Below are positions 17,659-27,026 of a DNA stretch of 64,000 bases, piece by piece. Below the pieces are notes generated by a model. That model searched no databases and was not told the origin of the DNA. It saw nothing but the letters and a program-made list of their open reading frames with translations. Numbering within the stretch: the stretch's first letter is position 1; each line of letters opens with the position of its first letter. Location: contig JANNVX010000032.1 of the NCBI GenBank assembly GCA_031414595.1, positions 6,947 through 70,946 on the forward strand. Direction: 5' to 3'. The stretch is from Deinococcales bacterium (lineage in GTDB: Bacteria > Deinococcota > Deinococci > Deinococcales > JAAFIG01). A program made the position numbers and the translations under genes.

Positions 17659-17940
17659 ATGAACCTCGAGCAAATACAGCAGATTGCTGCCCGAAATCGT
17701 GTCCAACGACTCGAAATTTTTGGTTCGGCATCTCGAGGTGAAACTGCCAACGACTTTGATTTTTTGGTGCAATTTCAACCGATGCCTGTCCTTGAGCATG
17801 GTCGGGCATATTTTGCGTTGCTTGAGGAATTACGTCTGGCTTTGAATAAACCGATTGATTTACTTGAGGAAAACGCGATTGAAAATCTATTTTTTCTAAA
17901 AAGTATCGCCGCCGATAGAAAAGAGATTTATGTCGCTTGA
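17659..17940 (+). CDS. mntA: MNT-type nucleotidyltransferase antitoxin
   Basis: GSxxRGE...DxD minimal nucleotidyltransferase motif (FGSASRGETANDFDFLV). Confidence 0.7.
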   Translation: MNLEQIQQIAARNRVQRLEIFGSASRGETANDFDFLVQFQPMPVLEHGRAYFALLEELRLALNKPIDLLEENAIENLFFLKSIAADRKEIYVA

Positions 17941-18265
17941 AGCCCAAATATACGCGGCTGATATTCTCAAAGCCATTGGTTTGATTGAACGATTTACCAA
18001 GAACTTTGAGTATGAGGCGTATTGCTTGGATGTCTTGCGAATTTCGGCGGTTGAGCGTCAACTGGGTATTATTGGTGAAGCTGTGACACAAATGGTTAAA
18101 CTCAATTCGAGTTTTTCGGTTCGCAATGCAAAACAAATTATTGGGTTTCGTAATATTTTGATTCATAATTATGCTCGAGTTAGCCAAGCTGTGATTTGGA
18201 CAATTGTCATAGATGAATTACCCGTCCTAAAAATTGAATGCGAAGCAATAGTTGAATTAACCTAA
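17930..18265 (+). CDS. hepT: HepT/DUF86 toxin
   Basis: Overlaps the MNT gene. HepT R-x4-HxY-like motif (RNILIHNY). Confidence 0.7.
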   Translation: MSLEAQIYAADILKAIGLIERFTKNFEYEAYCLDVLRISAVERQLGIIGEAVTQMVKLNSSFSVRNAKQIIGFRNILIHNYARVSQAVIWTIVIDELPVLKIECEAIVELT

Positions 18266-19380
18266 GTACAGAACTCCTTGATGGTTTCAAACAAATTGTT
18301 GGTTAATGTTTCCAAACTGGTTAAGTCCACCCATTCGGTTTTGGCATGAGCGCCGTCGCCTATCACACCGTACATGACTGTATCTATACCAGCCGCTTGC
18401 ATCAGCGCGGCATCTGCCCAGTAGCTTGCACCAGAAATTTTTGCACCAGTTTTGCATTGCAGAATCTCGAGGATAACAGCGTCTGGCGGAGTCGCGAGCG
18501 GGTGGCGCTCGAGACCAATTTGATAACTGGCTTTGAAGGTCGGGTCAGCCGCACGGCAGGTCTCGAGGATTGCCTGAATTTCGTTTTGTAGGGTTGCCGC
18601 GTTTTCATTTGGAATGGTGCGCCGTTCAAGCTCGAGGACACACTGCGCGGGGTAACTCGAGCGCTCCTCTCCTCCACTGATATGGCTGGCATGAAGGCTT
18701 CCAGTGCCTAGAAGTGGATGCGGTGAATCTAAACGCAATTGTGTATCTAACTTCTCGAGTTCGATTAAAACCCGTCCCATTTTGGCAATCGCATCCACCC
18801 CCAAATGTGGTCTCGAGCCGTGCGCCGCTACACCGTGGGTGGTGATGGTTGCCCAAACAAAACCTTTGTGGGCGGTGACAATCTCAAGTTCGGTAGGTTC
18901 GATCACGATTCCAGCATCGGCAGTAAAGTGCCGCAACACTTCTTCTGTGCCAATACTCGAGTCTTCTTCATCGCTTACACAGGCAACAATAATATCGCCA
19001 CGCAGTCCAAGTTTTTTGGCTCGAGAAGCCGCAATCAGCATGGCAGCAACGCCGCTTTTCATGTCGTAACTACCACGCCCGAACATTTTGCCGTTTTCAA
19101 CTCGAGGCTCGAGCGCGTTGCCTTCGTAACCCGCAATCGTCACAGTATCCAAATGCCCATTGAGCATCAGGCTACGCCCACCACCCGTGCCTTTGGCAAC
19201 ACCAACCACACTTGGGCGACCTGCCGTGTCCTCGAGCCAATGGGTGGTAAAGCCGTTTTGCTCGAGCCAGTGCTGCACGAATTTAGCAATGTTCGTTTCG
19301 CCAGCCCCGCCAGTCACTAAACTAGGATTGACGCTGTTAATAACAATCAGTTGCTCGAGAAGTTTTTGGGAGTCGGTCAT
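18262..19380 (-). CDS. M20 family metallopeptidase (ArgE/DapE-like)
   Basis: GHLDTV and GRGSYDMKSG motifs. Start trimmed to MTDSQKL. Confidence 0.75.
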   Translation of the reverse strand: MTDSQKLLEQLIVINSVNPSLVTGGAGETNIAKFVQHWLEQNGFTTHWLEDTAGRPSVVGVAKGTGGGRSLMLNGHLDTVTIAGYEGNALEPRVENGKMFGRGSYDMKSGVAAMLIAASRAKKLGLRGDIIVACVSDEEDSSIGTEEVLRHFTADAGIVIEPTELEIVTAHKGFVWATITTHGVAAHGSRPHLGVDAIAKMGRVLIELEKLDTQLRLDSPHPLLGTGSLHASHISGGEERSSYPAQCVLELERRTIPNENAATLQNEIQAILETCRAADPTFKASYQIGLERHPLATPPDAVILEILQCKTGAKISGASYWADAALMQAAGIDTVMYGVIGDGAHAKTEWVDLTSLETLTNNLFETIKEFCT

Positions 19381-19595
19381 ATTGGTATGTAATATACTAC
19401 TTGAAGAAACTTGGGTTTGCAAGTCGTATCTATGCTTATTTTTAATTACTGATCGTAAAAAATTTGTGCTAGGCTCGAGTTATAGCGGGAGTCGCAATTT
19501 CTTTCAGTCGTAAAAATCTGGAGGCGGTGCTGTTATTCTCGCCAATTATTTATAGCCATGAATCATCAGTAAATTGCGATTCATACCGCTTTAGA

Positions 19596-19631
19596 CGCAT
19601 ATTTAAGCCAAGGTTGTGACTCGAGTATAAT
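19596..19631 (+). promoter_or_regulatory. candidate sigma70 promoter (TTTAAG-18 nt-TATAAT)
   Basis: Perfect -10 hexamer at 19626-19631, about 60 nt upstream of the small ORF. The -35 element is weak. Confidence 0.3.
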
Positions 19632-19689
19632 TTTTAACCGCGATGTTTTCTTGAAAATACATCTGCTCACACTCAGCCAAAGGAGTCGC

Positions 19690-19830
19690 ATGAAAGACAG
19701 TCATAAAGACCAGAAAATTCCGTATCAAACTCCAAAACTCGAGGGGTTAGGCGTATTTGTGGCGCTCATCGGTGGTTCACCGATTCGTGTGCCAATTCAA
19801 CTCGAAGTGCCAGTAAAAGGAGAAAAATAA
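19690..19830 (+). CDS. 46-aa small protein, translationally coupled to the downstream lipoprotein
   Basis: SD AAAGGAG. ORF MKDSHKDQKIPYQTPKLEGLGVFVALIGGSPIRVPIQLEVPVKGEK. Its stop overlaps the next start (TAATG). Confidence 0.35.
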   Translation: MKDSHKDQKIPYQTPKLEGLGVFVALIGGSPIRVPIQLEVPVKGEK

Positions 19831-21725
19831 TGAAAAACCCCATAAATTACCTAGCAACTGCCTTTGTTGCCGCCATTGCCTTAGCCGCCTGTACGCAAAC
19901 CAGTCCTCAACCACAACAAGTTCTCGGGCTGATGCGAATTGGTTTTCAAGTTGACTCAAGCGGTGTAAGTTCAAACGCCAAATTGCAACCACAAACCCTG
20001 ACAGGCACAGCCAGTGGAATCCAAATGAAGTTAATTAACACCAGTACCTTCACGACTGGCACAAGGGGTTCTGGCGGTGAGCGCTGGGTCAGTGCAACCT
20101 ATGACATTCGCAACGCCACCACTGGCGGCACAGCCTATACAAGCGCCAACAGCAACATCAGTTTTCTGGCGGTTAGCACGGCAACCAGTCTTGGTGAAAG
20201 TGCGATTGCCGATATGAAAAGTTACGGCGGCACACTTTTGACCACGCCAGCCTTGGCGCAGTCGTTTAAGCCCACCCACGGAATGCGCTACAACGCCCTA
20301 GGCAACACAGTCGAAACCAGTTCTGGGGCAGAGGATTTTCAGGTCTTTGATGAATCTGAAGTCTCGAGCTTTGCCACGGCGGGTGTTGTCCCCATCAATT
20401 ATGGTTTTGTGGTCAGGCGCACCAGTGCTAACCCGACAAGCCGCACCTTAGCTGCCAACCCAAGCACCAATTTATTCGAGGGGCGGGTCACATTGGCGGT
20501 GCGTTTTCCATTGCAAGCCACCATCTCGGATGACCCATTTACCTTTTCAATGGACTTTTTGGTGGTCACAGACGACCAGACCAGAGTCACCCAAAGTCTC
20601 GAGCAACAAGCCCTCAACAGCCTTCCAAGTCAGACAGCCCAATTGACGGGGGCAGTGGTCAATACCCTACCCGGCTCGACCGACACTACCGCGACCAACC
20701 GTTTTGTTCCAAGTGTGCGTTTGGCACGGGCGGTGGGTGCGCCAACTGCGATTTATTTAGTTCAAGCACCAACAACCATTAACGTCTCGAGTAACGCCGA
20801 CAGTGGCGCTGGAACACTACGCAGTGCGATTCAAAACATTGCTTCTGGAGGCACAATCAACCTAAATAGCATTAACGGTCAGAACATCACGCTTTTAAGT
20901 ACCTTGGTGATTGGTAAAAGCCTGACAATCACCAATACCAACGCCACACCAACGGCGGCTGTACTGGGTGGGGCAACTGCTTTTAACAGCAGCAATGTGC
21001 GTGTTTTTAACATTCAAAGCGGCAATACTGTAACCCTAAGCAACTTCACCATCGGTAATGGTTATGTTTCTGGCAGTTCTGCACAAGGGGCGGCAATTCT
21101 AAACGCTGCTACACTGACATTAAGCAACATCAGGGTACAAAATAATCAAGCCCAAGGTGGTGTGGGTAGCAATGGCACGCCTGGTTTTAATGGGGGTCAA
21201 GATGGTGGGGTCGGAGGCGCGGCGCAAGGCGGCGCAATCTATAATTCTGGCGCATTAACAATTAACTCGATCAGCCTGTTTAGTGGTAATAGGGCGATTG
21301 GTGGTATCGGTGGTTCAGGCGCGGCTGGGTCTCAGGTGAATAGTTTTCCCAATGGTCTGGGCGGACTGGGCGGAACTGCCCAAGGCGGAGCGATTTTTAA
21401 TGCCAGCACTGCTACACTGAGCATCAATACTGTCACCTTTAACACCAATAATGCCACGGGTGGACAAGGCGGAGCGCCGGGTAATGCACTGGGTGGTTCA
21501 GGTCAACAAACTTATGGCAAAGGTGGTTCTGGTGGAAACGCCAACGGCGGCGCAGCTTTCAATGCCAACGCTACGGCTGGTTCTGCCACAGCCGTGACTG
21601 TGACTTACGGAACAGTCGCCAATGCCAATACGGTTATTGGTGGGCTTGCTGTGCAAGGTGGAACACCACTTGGGACAAATAATGGAACAAATGGAACAAC
21701 CAGCAGTCCGAATGCAAATTTCTAA
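19830..21725 (+). CDS. lipoprotein with PMP-like parallel beta-helix repeats (GGAI/FxxN) and Gly-rich tail
   Basis: Lipobox LAAC. Repeated GGAI(Y/F)N and FNxN motifs. GGxGG tracts. Confidence 0.6.
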   Translation: MKNPINYLATAFVAAIALAACTQTSPQPQQVLGLMRIGFQVDSSGVSSNAKLQPQTLTGTASGIQMKLINTSTFTTGTRGSGGERWVSATYDIRNATTGGTAYTSANSNISFLAVSTATSLGESAIADMKSYGGTLLTTPALAQSFKPTHGMRYNALGNTVETSSGAEDFQVFDESEVSSFATAGVVPINYGFVVRRTSANPTSRTLAANPSTNLFEGRVTLAVRFPLQATISDDPFTFSMDFLVVTDDQTRVTQSLEQQALNSLPSQTAQLTGAVVNTLPGSTDTTATNRFVPSVRLARAVGAPTAIYLVQAPTTINVSSNADSGAGTLRSAIQNIASGGTINLNSINGQNITLLSTLVIGKSLTITNTNATPTAAVLGGATAFNSSNVRVFNIQSGNTVTLSNFTIGNGYVSGSSAQGAAILNAATLTLSNIRVQNNQAQGGVGSNGTPGFNGGQDGGVGGAAQGGAIYNSGALTINSISLFSGNRAIGGIGGSGAAGSQVNSFPNGLGGLGGTAQGGAIFNASTATLSINTVTFNTNNATGGQGGAPGNALGGSGQQTYGKGGSGGNANGGAAFNANATAGSATAVTVTYGTVANANTVIGGLAVQGGTPLGTNNGTNGTTSSPNANF

Positions 21726-21734
21726 GTAACCAAA

Positions 21735-21770
21735 AAAAGCACCGCCTCATACTCGAGGGTGGTGCTTTTG
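21735..21770 (+). terminator. rho-independent terminator
   Basis: AGCACCGCC...GGTGGTGCT stem followed by TTTTG. Confidence 0.5.
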
Positions 21771-21816
21771 GCTGCTCGAGCGCACCATTTAGAAAAACTT
21801 TGGCTATACTCTATTT

Positions 21817-24549
21817 ATGACCCCAGAAGAACGCGCCAGATTCCGCATAGACCAACAACTGCTGGCATCTGGTTGGGTTCTACAAAACAAAGATGAGTTT
21901 AATCGCACGGCTGCTTTTGGGGTGGCGGTGCGTGAATTTGCCTTGTTAAACGGCGAAGCTGATTATTTGCTGTTTGTGGATGGTAAAGCCATTGGGGTTC
22001 TCGAGGCAAAACCAGTTGGCACGACCCTTTCTGGGGTGGCAGAACAAACCAAGAAATACCTCGAAGGAGTACCGCCGCACCTCGCCAAACACAGTGCCAA
22101 TTTGCCTTTTGGCTTTGAAAGTACAGGACAAGAAACGTTTTTAATAGATACCCGAGACCCGAATGCCCGTTCAAGGCGAATTTTTCAAATCCACCGCCCA
22201 GAAACCCTGCTCGAGTGGGTGCGGCAGCCAACGACCTTACGAACCCGTTTAAGCCAGTTACCAAGCGTAGACAAAAACGGTTTGCGCTTATGCCAAATAG
22301 AGGCAGTTGGCGGACTCGAGCAGAGTTTAAGCCAGAATAAACCCCGCGCTTTAATTCAGATGGCAACCGGCAGCGGCAAAACCTTTACTGCCGTGACCAG
22401 CAGTTACCGCTTGATAAAACAGGCTGGCGCAAAACGAATTTTGTTCTTGGTAGACCGCAACAATTTAGCCAAACAAACCCTCGCCGAATTCCAGCAATAC
22501 ACCACCCCAGACGATGGGCGCAAATTTAGTGAACTCTACAATGTCCAGATGCTACAAGGTAAACGCCTAGACCCTGTAGCCAAAGTAGTGATTGGCACAA
22601 TCCAGCGCCTTTTTAGTATGCTTAAAGGCGAAGAGATAGACGATGAACTCGATAACAAAAGCCTGCATGAACTGGGGATTAAAGACCAAAAACCCAAAGA
22701 AGTGATGTATAACCCCGAGATTCCGATAGATTCTTTTGATTTTATTATTATTGACGAATGCCACCGCAGCATTTATAACCTCTGGCGTGGGGTTCTCGAG
22801 TATTTTGATGGGTTTTTGATTGGTTTAACCGCCACCCCAAGTAAACAAACGATTGGCTTTTTTAACCAGAACCTTGTGACCGAATACGCCTACAGCCAAG
22901 CCGTCAAAGATAATGTCAATGTGGATTACGATGTCTACCGCATTAAAACCCAAATTGGCGAATTTGGGGCAACCATCGAACAAGGCGAATACATTGATAA
23001 ACGCGACCGCCAAACCCGCCGTAAACGCTGGGAGGCACTGGACAATGACCTTGAATACACAGGCAAAGAACTTGACCGCAGCGTTGTAGCGGTCAGCCAA
23101 ATCCGCACCGTGATTCGCACCTACAAAGAAAAACTGCTCGAGATTTTCCCAGAGCGCAGCCATACCCCAAAAACCCTGATATTTGCTAAAACCGATAGCC
23201 ATGCCGAAGATATTGTTGAAATTGTGCGTGAAGAATTTGGCAAAGGCAATGATTTTTGTAAAAAAATAACCTACCGCACAACCGAAGACCCCGAAACGTT
23301 GATCAAAGAATTTCGCAACAATTATTATCCACGAATTGCCGTGACCGTAGACATGATTAGCACTGGCACAGACATTAAACCACTCGAGGTGCTGCTGTTT
23401 ATGCGCGATGTTGCCAGCGCTGTCTACTTTGAACAAATGAAGGGACGCGCCACCCGCACCATCCATCCAGACGAACTCAAAGCCGTCACCCCAGATGCCA
23501 AACACAAAACCCATTTTGTGCTGGTGGACGCAGTGGGCGTAACCGAAACAATCAAAACCGATTCTAAACCACTCGAGCGCTTACCGAGTATTCCCTTTGC
23601 CAAAATCCTGCAAAAAATTGCCATGGGCGACACCAGCTTAGAAACCATCTCGAGTTTAGCCAGCCGTTTAACCCGACTTGATAAAAAACTAAGCGAAACC
23701 AGCCGCGATGCACTGGAAGTCCACGCCAAAAAAGACCTCAAAACCGTTGTTGCAAACCTCATTCGCGCCACCGACCCAGACAGCATCGAAGCCCACGCCA
23801 TAACCCAAACGGGCAACCCCAACCCAAGCGATTTGCAATACGACCAAGCCCAATCTGACTTAGCCGAAAATGCCGCCCAGCCATTTAATAACCCAGAATT
23901 CAGGCGTTTACTCGAGGACATCCAACGCGATAGCGAACAAACCATAGACACCGTCACCCAAGACCAAGTGCTGTATGTCGGCTACGATTTTGACAAAGCC
24001 AGACGGATGGTACAAACATGGCAAGACTTTATCGAACAACACAAAAACGAACTGACGGCACTGCAAATTATTTACAACCAACCCAAGCAACAACAAAAAC
24101 TGACCTTTGCCGCAATCCAACAACTTGCCAGCGCCATCGAGCAGCCACCGTACTATTTAACCCCAGAAAATGTTTGGAAAGCCTACGAAAACCTCGAGCA
24201 AACCCGAGTGAAAAGCAGCCACAACCCGCAGCGCCTCCTAACCGACCTTGTAGCCTTGGTGCGCTTTACAACTGGGCAAGACACGATGCTAACACCATTT
24301 ATGGACACCGTACAACACCGTTTTCAGACATGGCTAAGTCTGCAACAATCGAGCGGCACAGCTTTTAGTACAGAACAACTCGAGTGGCTAGGCATGATCC
24401 GAGACCACATTGCCAGCAGTGCTGCGATTGAGATTCAAGACCTCGAACTCAGCCCGTTTCACCAACGCGGTGGGGCATACAAAGCCGTACAATTATTTAA
24501 GAACATCAGACCACTGCTCGAGGAACTCAACACGACCCTGAGTGCATAA
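21817..24549 (+). CDS. hsdR: type I restriction enzyme R subunit
   Basis: Walker A TGSGKTFT. DEAH-box DECHRS. Helicase C motifs. 910 aa. Confidence 0.85.
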   Translation: MTPEERARFRIDQQLLASGWVLQNKDEFNRTAAFGVAVREFALLNGEADYLLFVDGKAIGVLEAKPVGTTLSGVAEQTKKYLEGVPPHLAKHSANLPFGFESTGQETFLIDTRDPNARSRRIFQIHRPETLLEWVRQPTTLRTRLSQLPSVDKNGLRLCQIEAVGGLEQSLSQNKPRALIQMATGSGKTFTAVTSSYRLIKQAGAKRILFLVDRNNLAKQTLAEFQQYTTPDDGRKFSELYNVQMLQGKRLDPVAKVVIGTIQRLFSMLKGEEIDDELDNKSLHELGIKDQKPKEVMYNPEIPIDSFDFIIIDECHRSIYNLWRGVLEYFDGFLIGLTATPSKQTIGFFNQNLVTEYAYSQAVKDNVNVDYDVYRIKTQIGEFGATIEQGEYIDKRDRQTRRKRWEALDNDLEYTGKELDRSVVAVSQIRTVIRTYKEKLLEIFPERSHTPKTLIFAKTDSHAEDIVEIVREEFGKGNDFCKKITYRTTEDPETLIKEFRNNYYPRIAVTVDMISTGTDIKPLEVLLFMRDVASAVYFEQMKGRATRTIHPDELKAVTPDAKHKTHFVLVDAVGVTETIKTDSKPLERLPSIPFAKILQKIAMGDTSLETISSLASRLTRLDKKLSETSRDALEVHAKKDLKTVVANLIRATDPDSIEAHAITQTGNPNPSDLQYDQAQSDLAENAAQPFNNPEFRRLLEDIQRDSEQTIDTVTQDQVLYVGYDFDKARRMVQTWQDFIEQHKNELTALQIIYNQPKQQQKLTFAAIQQLASAIEQPPYYLTPENVWKAYENLEQTRVKSSHNPQRLLTDLVALVRFTTGQDTMLTPFMDTVQHRFQTWLSLQQSSGTAFSTEQLEWLGMIRDHIASSAAIEIQDLELSPFHQRGGAYKAVQLFKNIRPLLEELNTTLSA

Positions 24550-24564
24550 GGGTAGAATACCGTC

Positions 24565-24852
24565 ATGGATACCCAAGCCATACAGCAGATTCTAGGGCAA
24601 CACCAAGCCGAACTTCGGGCGTTTGGTGTGCGCGAACTGCTTTTGTTTGGCAGCACTGCCCGAGGCGAAGCCACGCCGCAAAGCGACCTAGATTTTTTGG
24701 TCGAACTCGAGCGATACACACTAACCGATTTTATGGGCTTAAAATTTGCACTCGAAGAATGGTTTGGTCAAAAAATAGATTTAGGGACTCGAGCCAGCCT
24801 AAAACCGATACTGAGCGCCGAAGTCGAAAAGGACTTACGCCGTGTCGCGTAA
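24565..24852 (+). CDS. mntA: MNT-type nucleotidyltransferase antitoxin (second copy)
   Basis: FGSTARGEATPQSDLDFLV motif. Confidence 0.7.
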   Translation: MDTQAIQQILGQHQAELRAFGVRELLLFGSTARGEATPQSDLDFLVELERYTLTDFMGLKFALEEWFGQKIDLGTRASLKPILSAEVEKDLRRVA

Positions 24853-25192
24853 ACTAGAATTGTATTTAATCGATATTCTCGAGGCAATAGCGCGATTAAA
24901 GTTATTTACCAAAGGCTTTGACCAAGAAGCCTACCTGAATTCGTTGCTGGTACGAGATGCGAGCTTTCGCAATTTTATGGTTATTGGCGAGGCAGTTAAG
25001 CAAATTTCCGATGAATCTCGAGCTAAACACCCAACAGTACCTTGGAAATCTATTGCGGGTTTACGAGATTTATTAGCCCATGAGTATTTTAGAACCGATG
25101 ATCGAATTTTATGGAATGTAATTGAAAAAGAACTAGACCCACTCAAAGAAGCAGTCTTGGCACTTCTAGCAGCAAGCAAGGCTGACCGATGA
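24842..25192 (+). CDS. hepT: HepT/DUF86 toxin (second copy)
   Basis: GTG start overlapping the MNT gene. RDLLAHEY motif. Confidence 0.7.
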   Translation: MSRKLELYLIDILEAIARLKLFTKGFDQEAYLNSLLVRDASFRNFMVIGEAVKQISDESRAKHPTVPWKSIAGLRDLLAHEYFRTDDRILWNVIEKELDPLKEAVLALLAASKADR

Positions 25193-26727
25193 CCCTAACC
25201 AAAACGCAACCCGATTTTTTTGCAGTTCTGACAGGCGCACAAGCCACAGCTGCCCCCGCGTTGCAGGAGTTACCAATGAACTGGGAATGGGCAAAACTCG
25301 AGGATGTTTATAAAATTGTTGGTGGTGGAACTCCTGCAACTGCAAATCAAGAGTTTTGGAATGGAGATATTCCGTGGATCACCAGTGCTGATATTACTGA
25401 TTCTGGCGAAATAAATCCCAGAAAGTTCATTACAGAGATTGGTGTAAAAAATTCACCAATTAACATTATTCCCGAGGGCGCAATTGTCATTGCTACTCGA
25501 GTGAGTTTGGGTAAGATTGCAATTGCACCAACAAAACTTACTTTCAGTCAAGATTGCCAAGGATTGTTGGCAGAAATTCAAGTTCTCGAGCCAGCTTTTG
25601 CATTGCATTTTTTAGCAACAGAAGCAAAAAAGTTTCAGTACATTAGTCGTGGTACTACGATTTCGGGAATTACAAAAAAACAGCTTTCAGAACTGAATGT
25701 GCGTGTCCCGCCGCTTCTCGAGCAGAAACGAATTGTGGCTAAACTCGAGGAATTACTATCCGAACTCGAGTTTGGGGTCAAAACCCTAAAAATTGCTTTG
25801 GCAAAAGTCAAAAAATACCGTCAGAGTGTGCTTAAAGCTGCCGTTCAAGGCGATTTATCCAAGGCGTGGCGTGAAGCCCAAGGCGGTTCGCTCGAGCCAG
25901 CCAGTGTGTTGTTAAAAAAAGTCTTACTCGAGCGCCAACAAAAATGGATTCTCGAGCAGCAAGCCAAGGGCAGGAAAAATGCGAAGTACACCGAGCCACA
26001 AGCCCCAGACTCGAGCGGTTTGGCGGAATTACCAGAAGGTTGGGTCTGGACAACAGCAGGATATATTTGTGACTGTATTGTTCCAAATCGTGATAAGCCT
26101 CAATCTTTTACAGGCGACATACCTTGGATTACGATTCCAGATTTTGATTCAAGTAACCTACATATTTCCAAGGCTAAATCTGGTTTAGGTTTAACTCGAG
26201 AAGAAGTTGAGAAATATCGAGCAAGATTGATTCCAGTAAACAGCGTCATTATGACTTGTGTGGGTCGTTTTGGAATAGCAGCAACCACTAAACAAGAATG
26301 CGTAATCAATCAGCAACTTCACGCTTTTCTATTTGTTCCTGAGTTGATTCCTGAGTATTTGACAATTGTTTTAATAACTCAAAAATCCTACATGGATAAG
26401 AAGGCAAACGCGACAACAATTGCTTACTTAAATAAGGAAAGTTGTAACAGCGTTCCTCTCCCTCTTCCCCCGCTCGAGGAACAAGCCTTTATTGTCTCCC
26501 AAGTCGAAGCGAAACTATCTGCCACCGACCATCTCGAGAACAGCATCAAAGCCAATTTGCTACGGGCGGAACGCTTGCGGGCAAGTACGCTCAATATGGC
26601 GTTTCGTGGTGAGCTTGTCGCCCAAGACGCAACGGATGAACCGGCGGCGGTACTGCTCGAGCGGATACGCGGTTTGCGGGCAGAGGCGGGACGTAAGAAG
26701 TTGCCTAAAAAATCATCTAGCCCTTAA
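25189..26727 (+). CDS. hsdS: type I R-M specificity subunit
   Basis: Two AT-rich target-recognition domains separated by conserved helical spacers (LPPLLEQKRI / LPLPPLEEQ). Confidence 0.8.
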   Translation: MTLTKTQPDFFAVLTGAQATAAPALQELPMNWEWAKLEDVYKIVGGGTPATANQEFWNGDIPWITSADITDSGEINPRKFITEIGVKNSPINIIPEGAIVIATRVSLGKIAIAPTKLTFSQDCQGLLAEIQVLEPAFALHFLATEAKKFQYISRGTTISGITKKQLSELNVRVPPLLEQKRIVAKLEELLSELEFGVKTLKIALAKVKKYRQSVLKAAVQGDLSKAWREAQGGSLEPASVLLKKVLLERQQKWILEQQAKGRKNAKYTEPQAPDSSGLAELPEGWVWTTAGYICDCIVPNRDKPQSFTGDIPWITIPDFDSSNLHISKAKSGLGLTREEVEKYRARLIPVNSVIMTCVGRFGIAATTKQECVINQQLHAFLFVPELIPEYLTIVLITQKSYMDKKANATTIAYLNKESCNSVPLPLPPLEEQAFIVSQVEAKLSATDHLENSIKANLLRAERLRASTLNMAFRGELVAQDATDEPAAVLLERIRGLRAEAGRKKLPKKSSSP

Positions 26728-26743
26728 TCAGCTATAATTTCGT

Positions 26744-26983
26744 ATGCTTCAGACTTTGTTTACAGTGGGTGACGGCACGGCGGTAATTATTCTAGCCGAT
26801 TTACTCAAGCGGTACGGCTTAAAAGCTGGGGATTTGGTCAATTTGCTCAGTACCGAAGCAGGAATTGCAATTGTACCAGAAACGGGTTTAGACCCAAGTT
26901 TTGAAAATGCCTTACGCACCATTTCGAGAGAACGCCATGAATTGTTTCAACGCCTTACTGACTTTGATACACAAAAACCATGA
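26744..26983 (+). CDS. small AbrB/SpoVT-like protein
   Basis: 79 aa. A swapped-hairpin-like VGDGTAVIIL...GLKAGDLV segment. Embedded between hsdS and hsdM. Confidence 0.35.
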   Translation: MLQTLFTVGDGTAVIILADLLKRYGLKAGDLVNLLSTEAGIAIVPETGLDPSFENALRTISRERHELFQRLTDFDTQKP

Positions 26984-27026
26984 GGTTCGTTGCATTTTGG
27001 CTCGAGTCTCGGGTTAGCATGGGCGC

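Noticed and set aside
16693-17799. Long N-terminal extensions in the ORF track (also 35534-36739, 55412-56179, 48668-49339, 47490-48464, 61182-62621, 18262-19422, 1694-3052)
   Set aside because: In each case an internal ATG or GTG preceded by a good Shine-Dalgarno gives a protein of the family-typical length. The upstream extension is low-complexity or overlaps a neighbouring gene. Coordinates were trimmed accordingly.
19609-19631. TTGTGA…TATAAT as a sigma70 promoter
   Set aside because: Spacing between TTGTGA and TATAAT is only 6 bp. I kept TATAAT with the weaker upstream TTTAAG at 18-bp spacing as a low-confidence promoter instead.
22825-23514. Large antisense and overlapping ORFs in the track (e.g. 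22825-23514 minus inside hsdR, 32401-32841 plus inside the SPFH gene, 59659-60108 minus inside ade, 13930-14418 minus, 37052-37768 plus)
   Set aside because: They lie wholly within strongly supported genes on the other strand or frame and show biased, repeat-like composition. They were treated as shadow ORFs.
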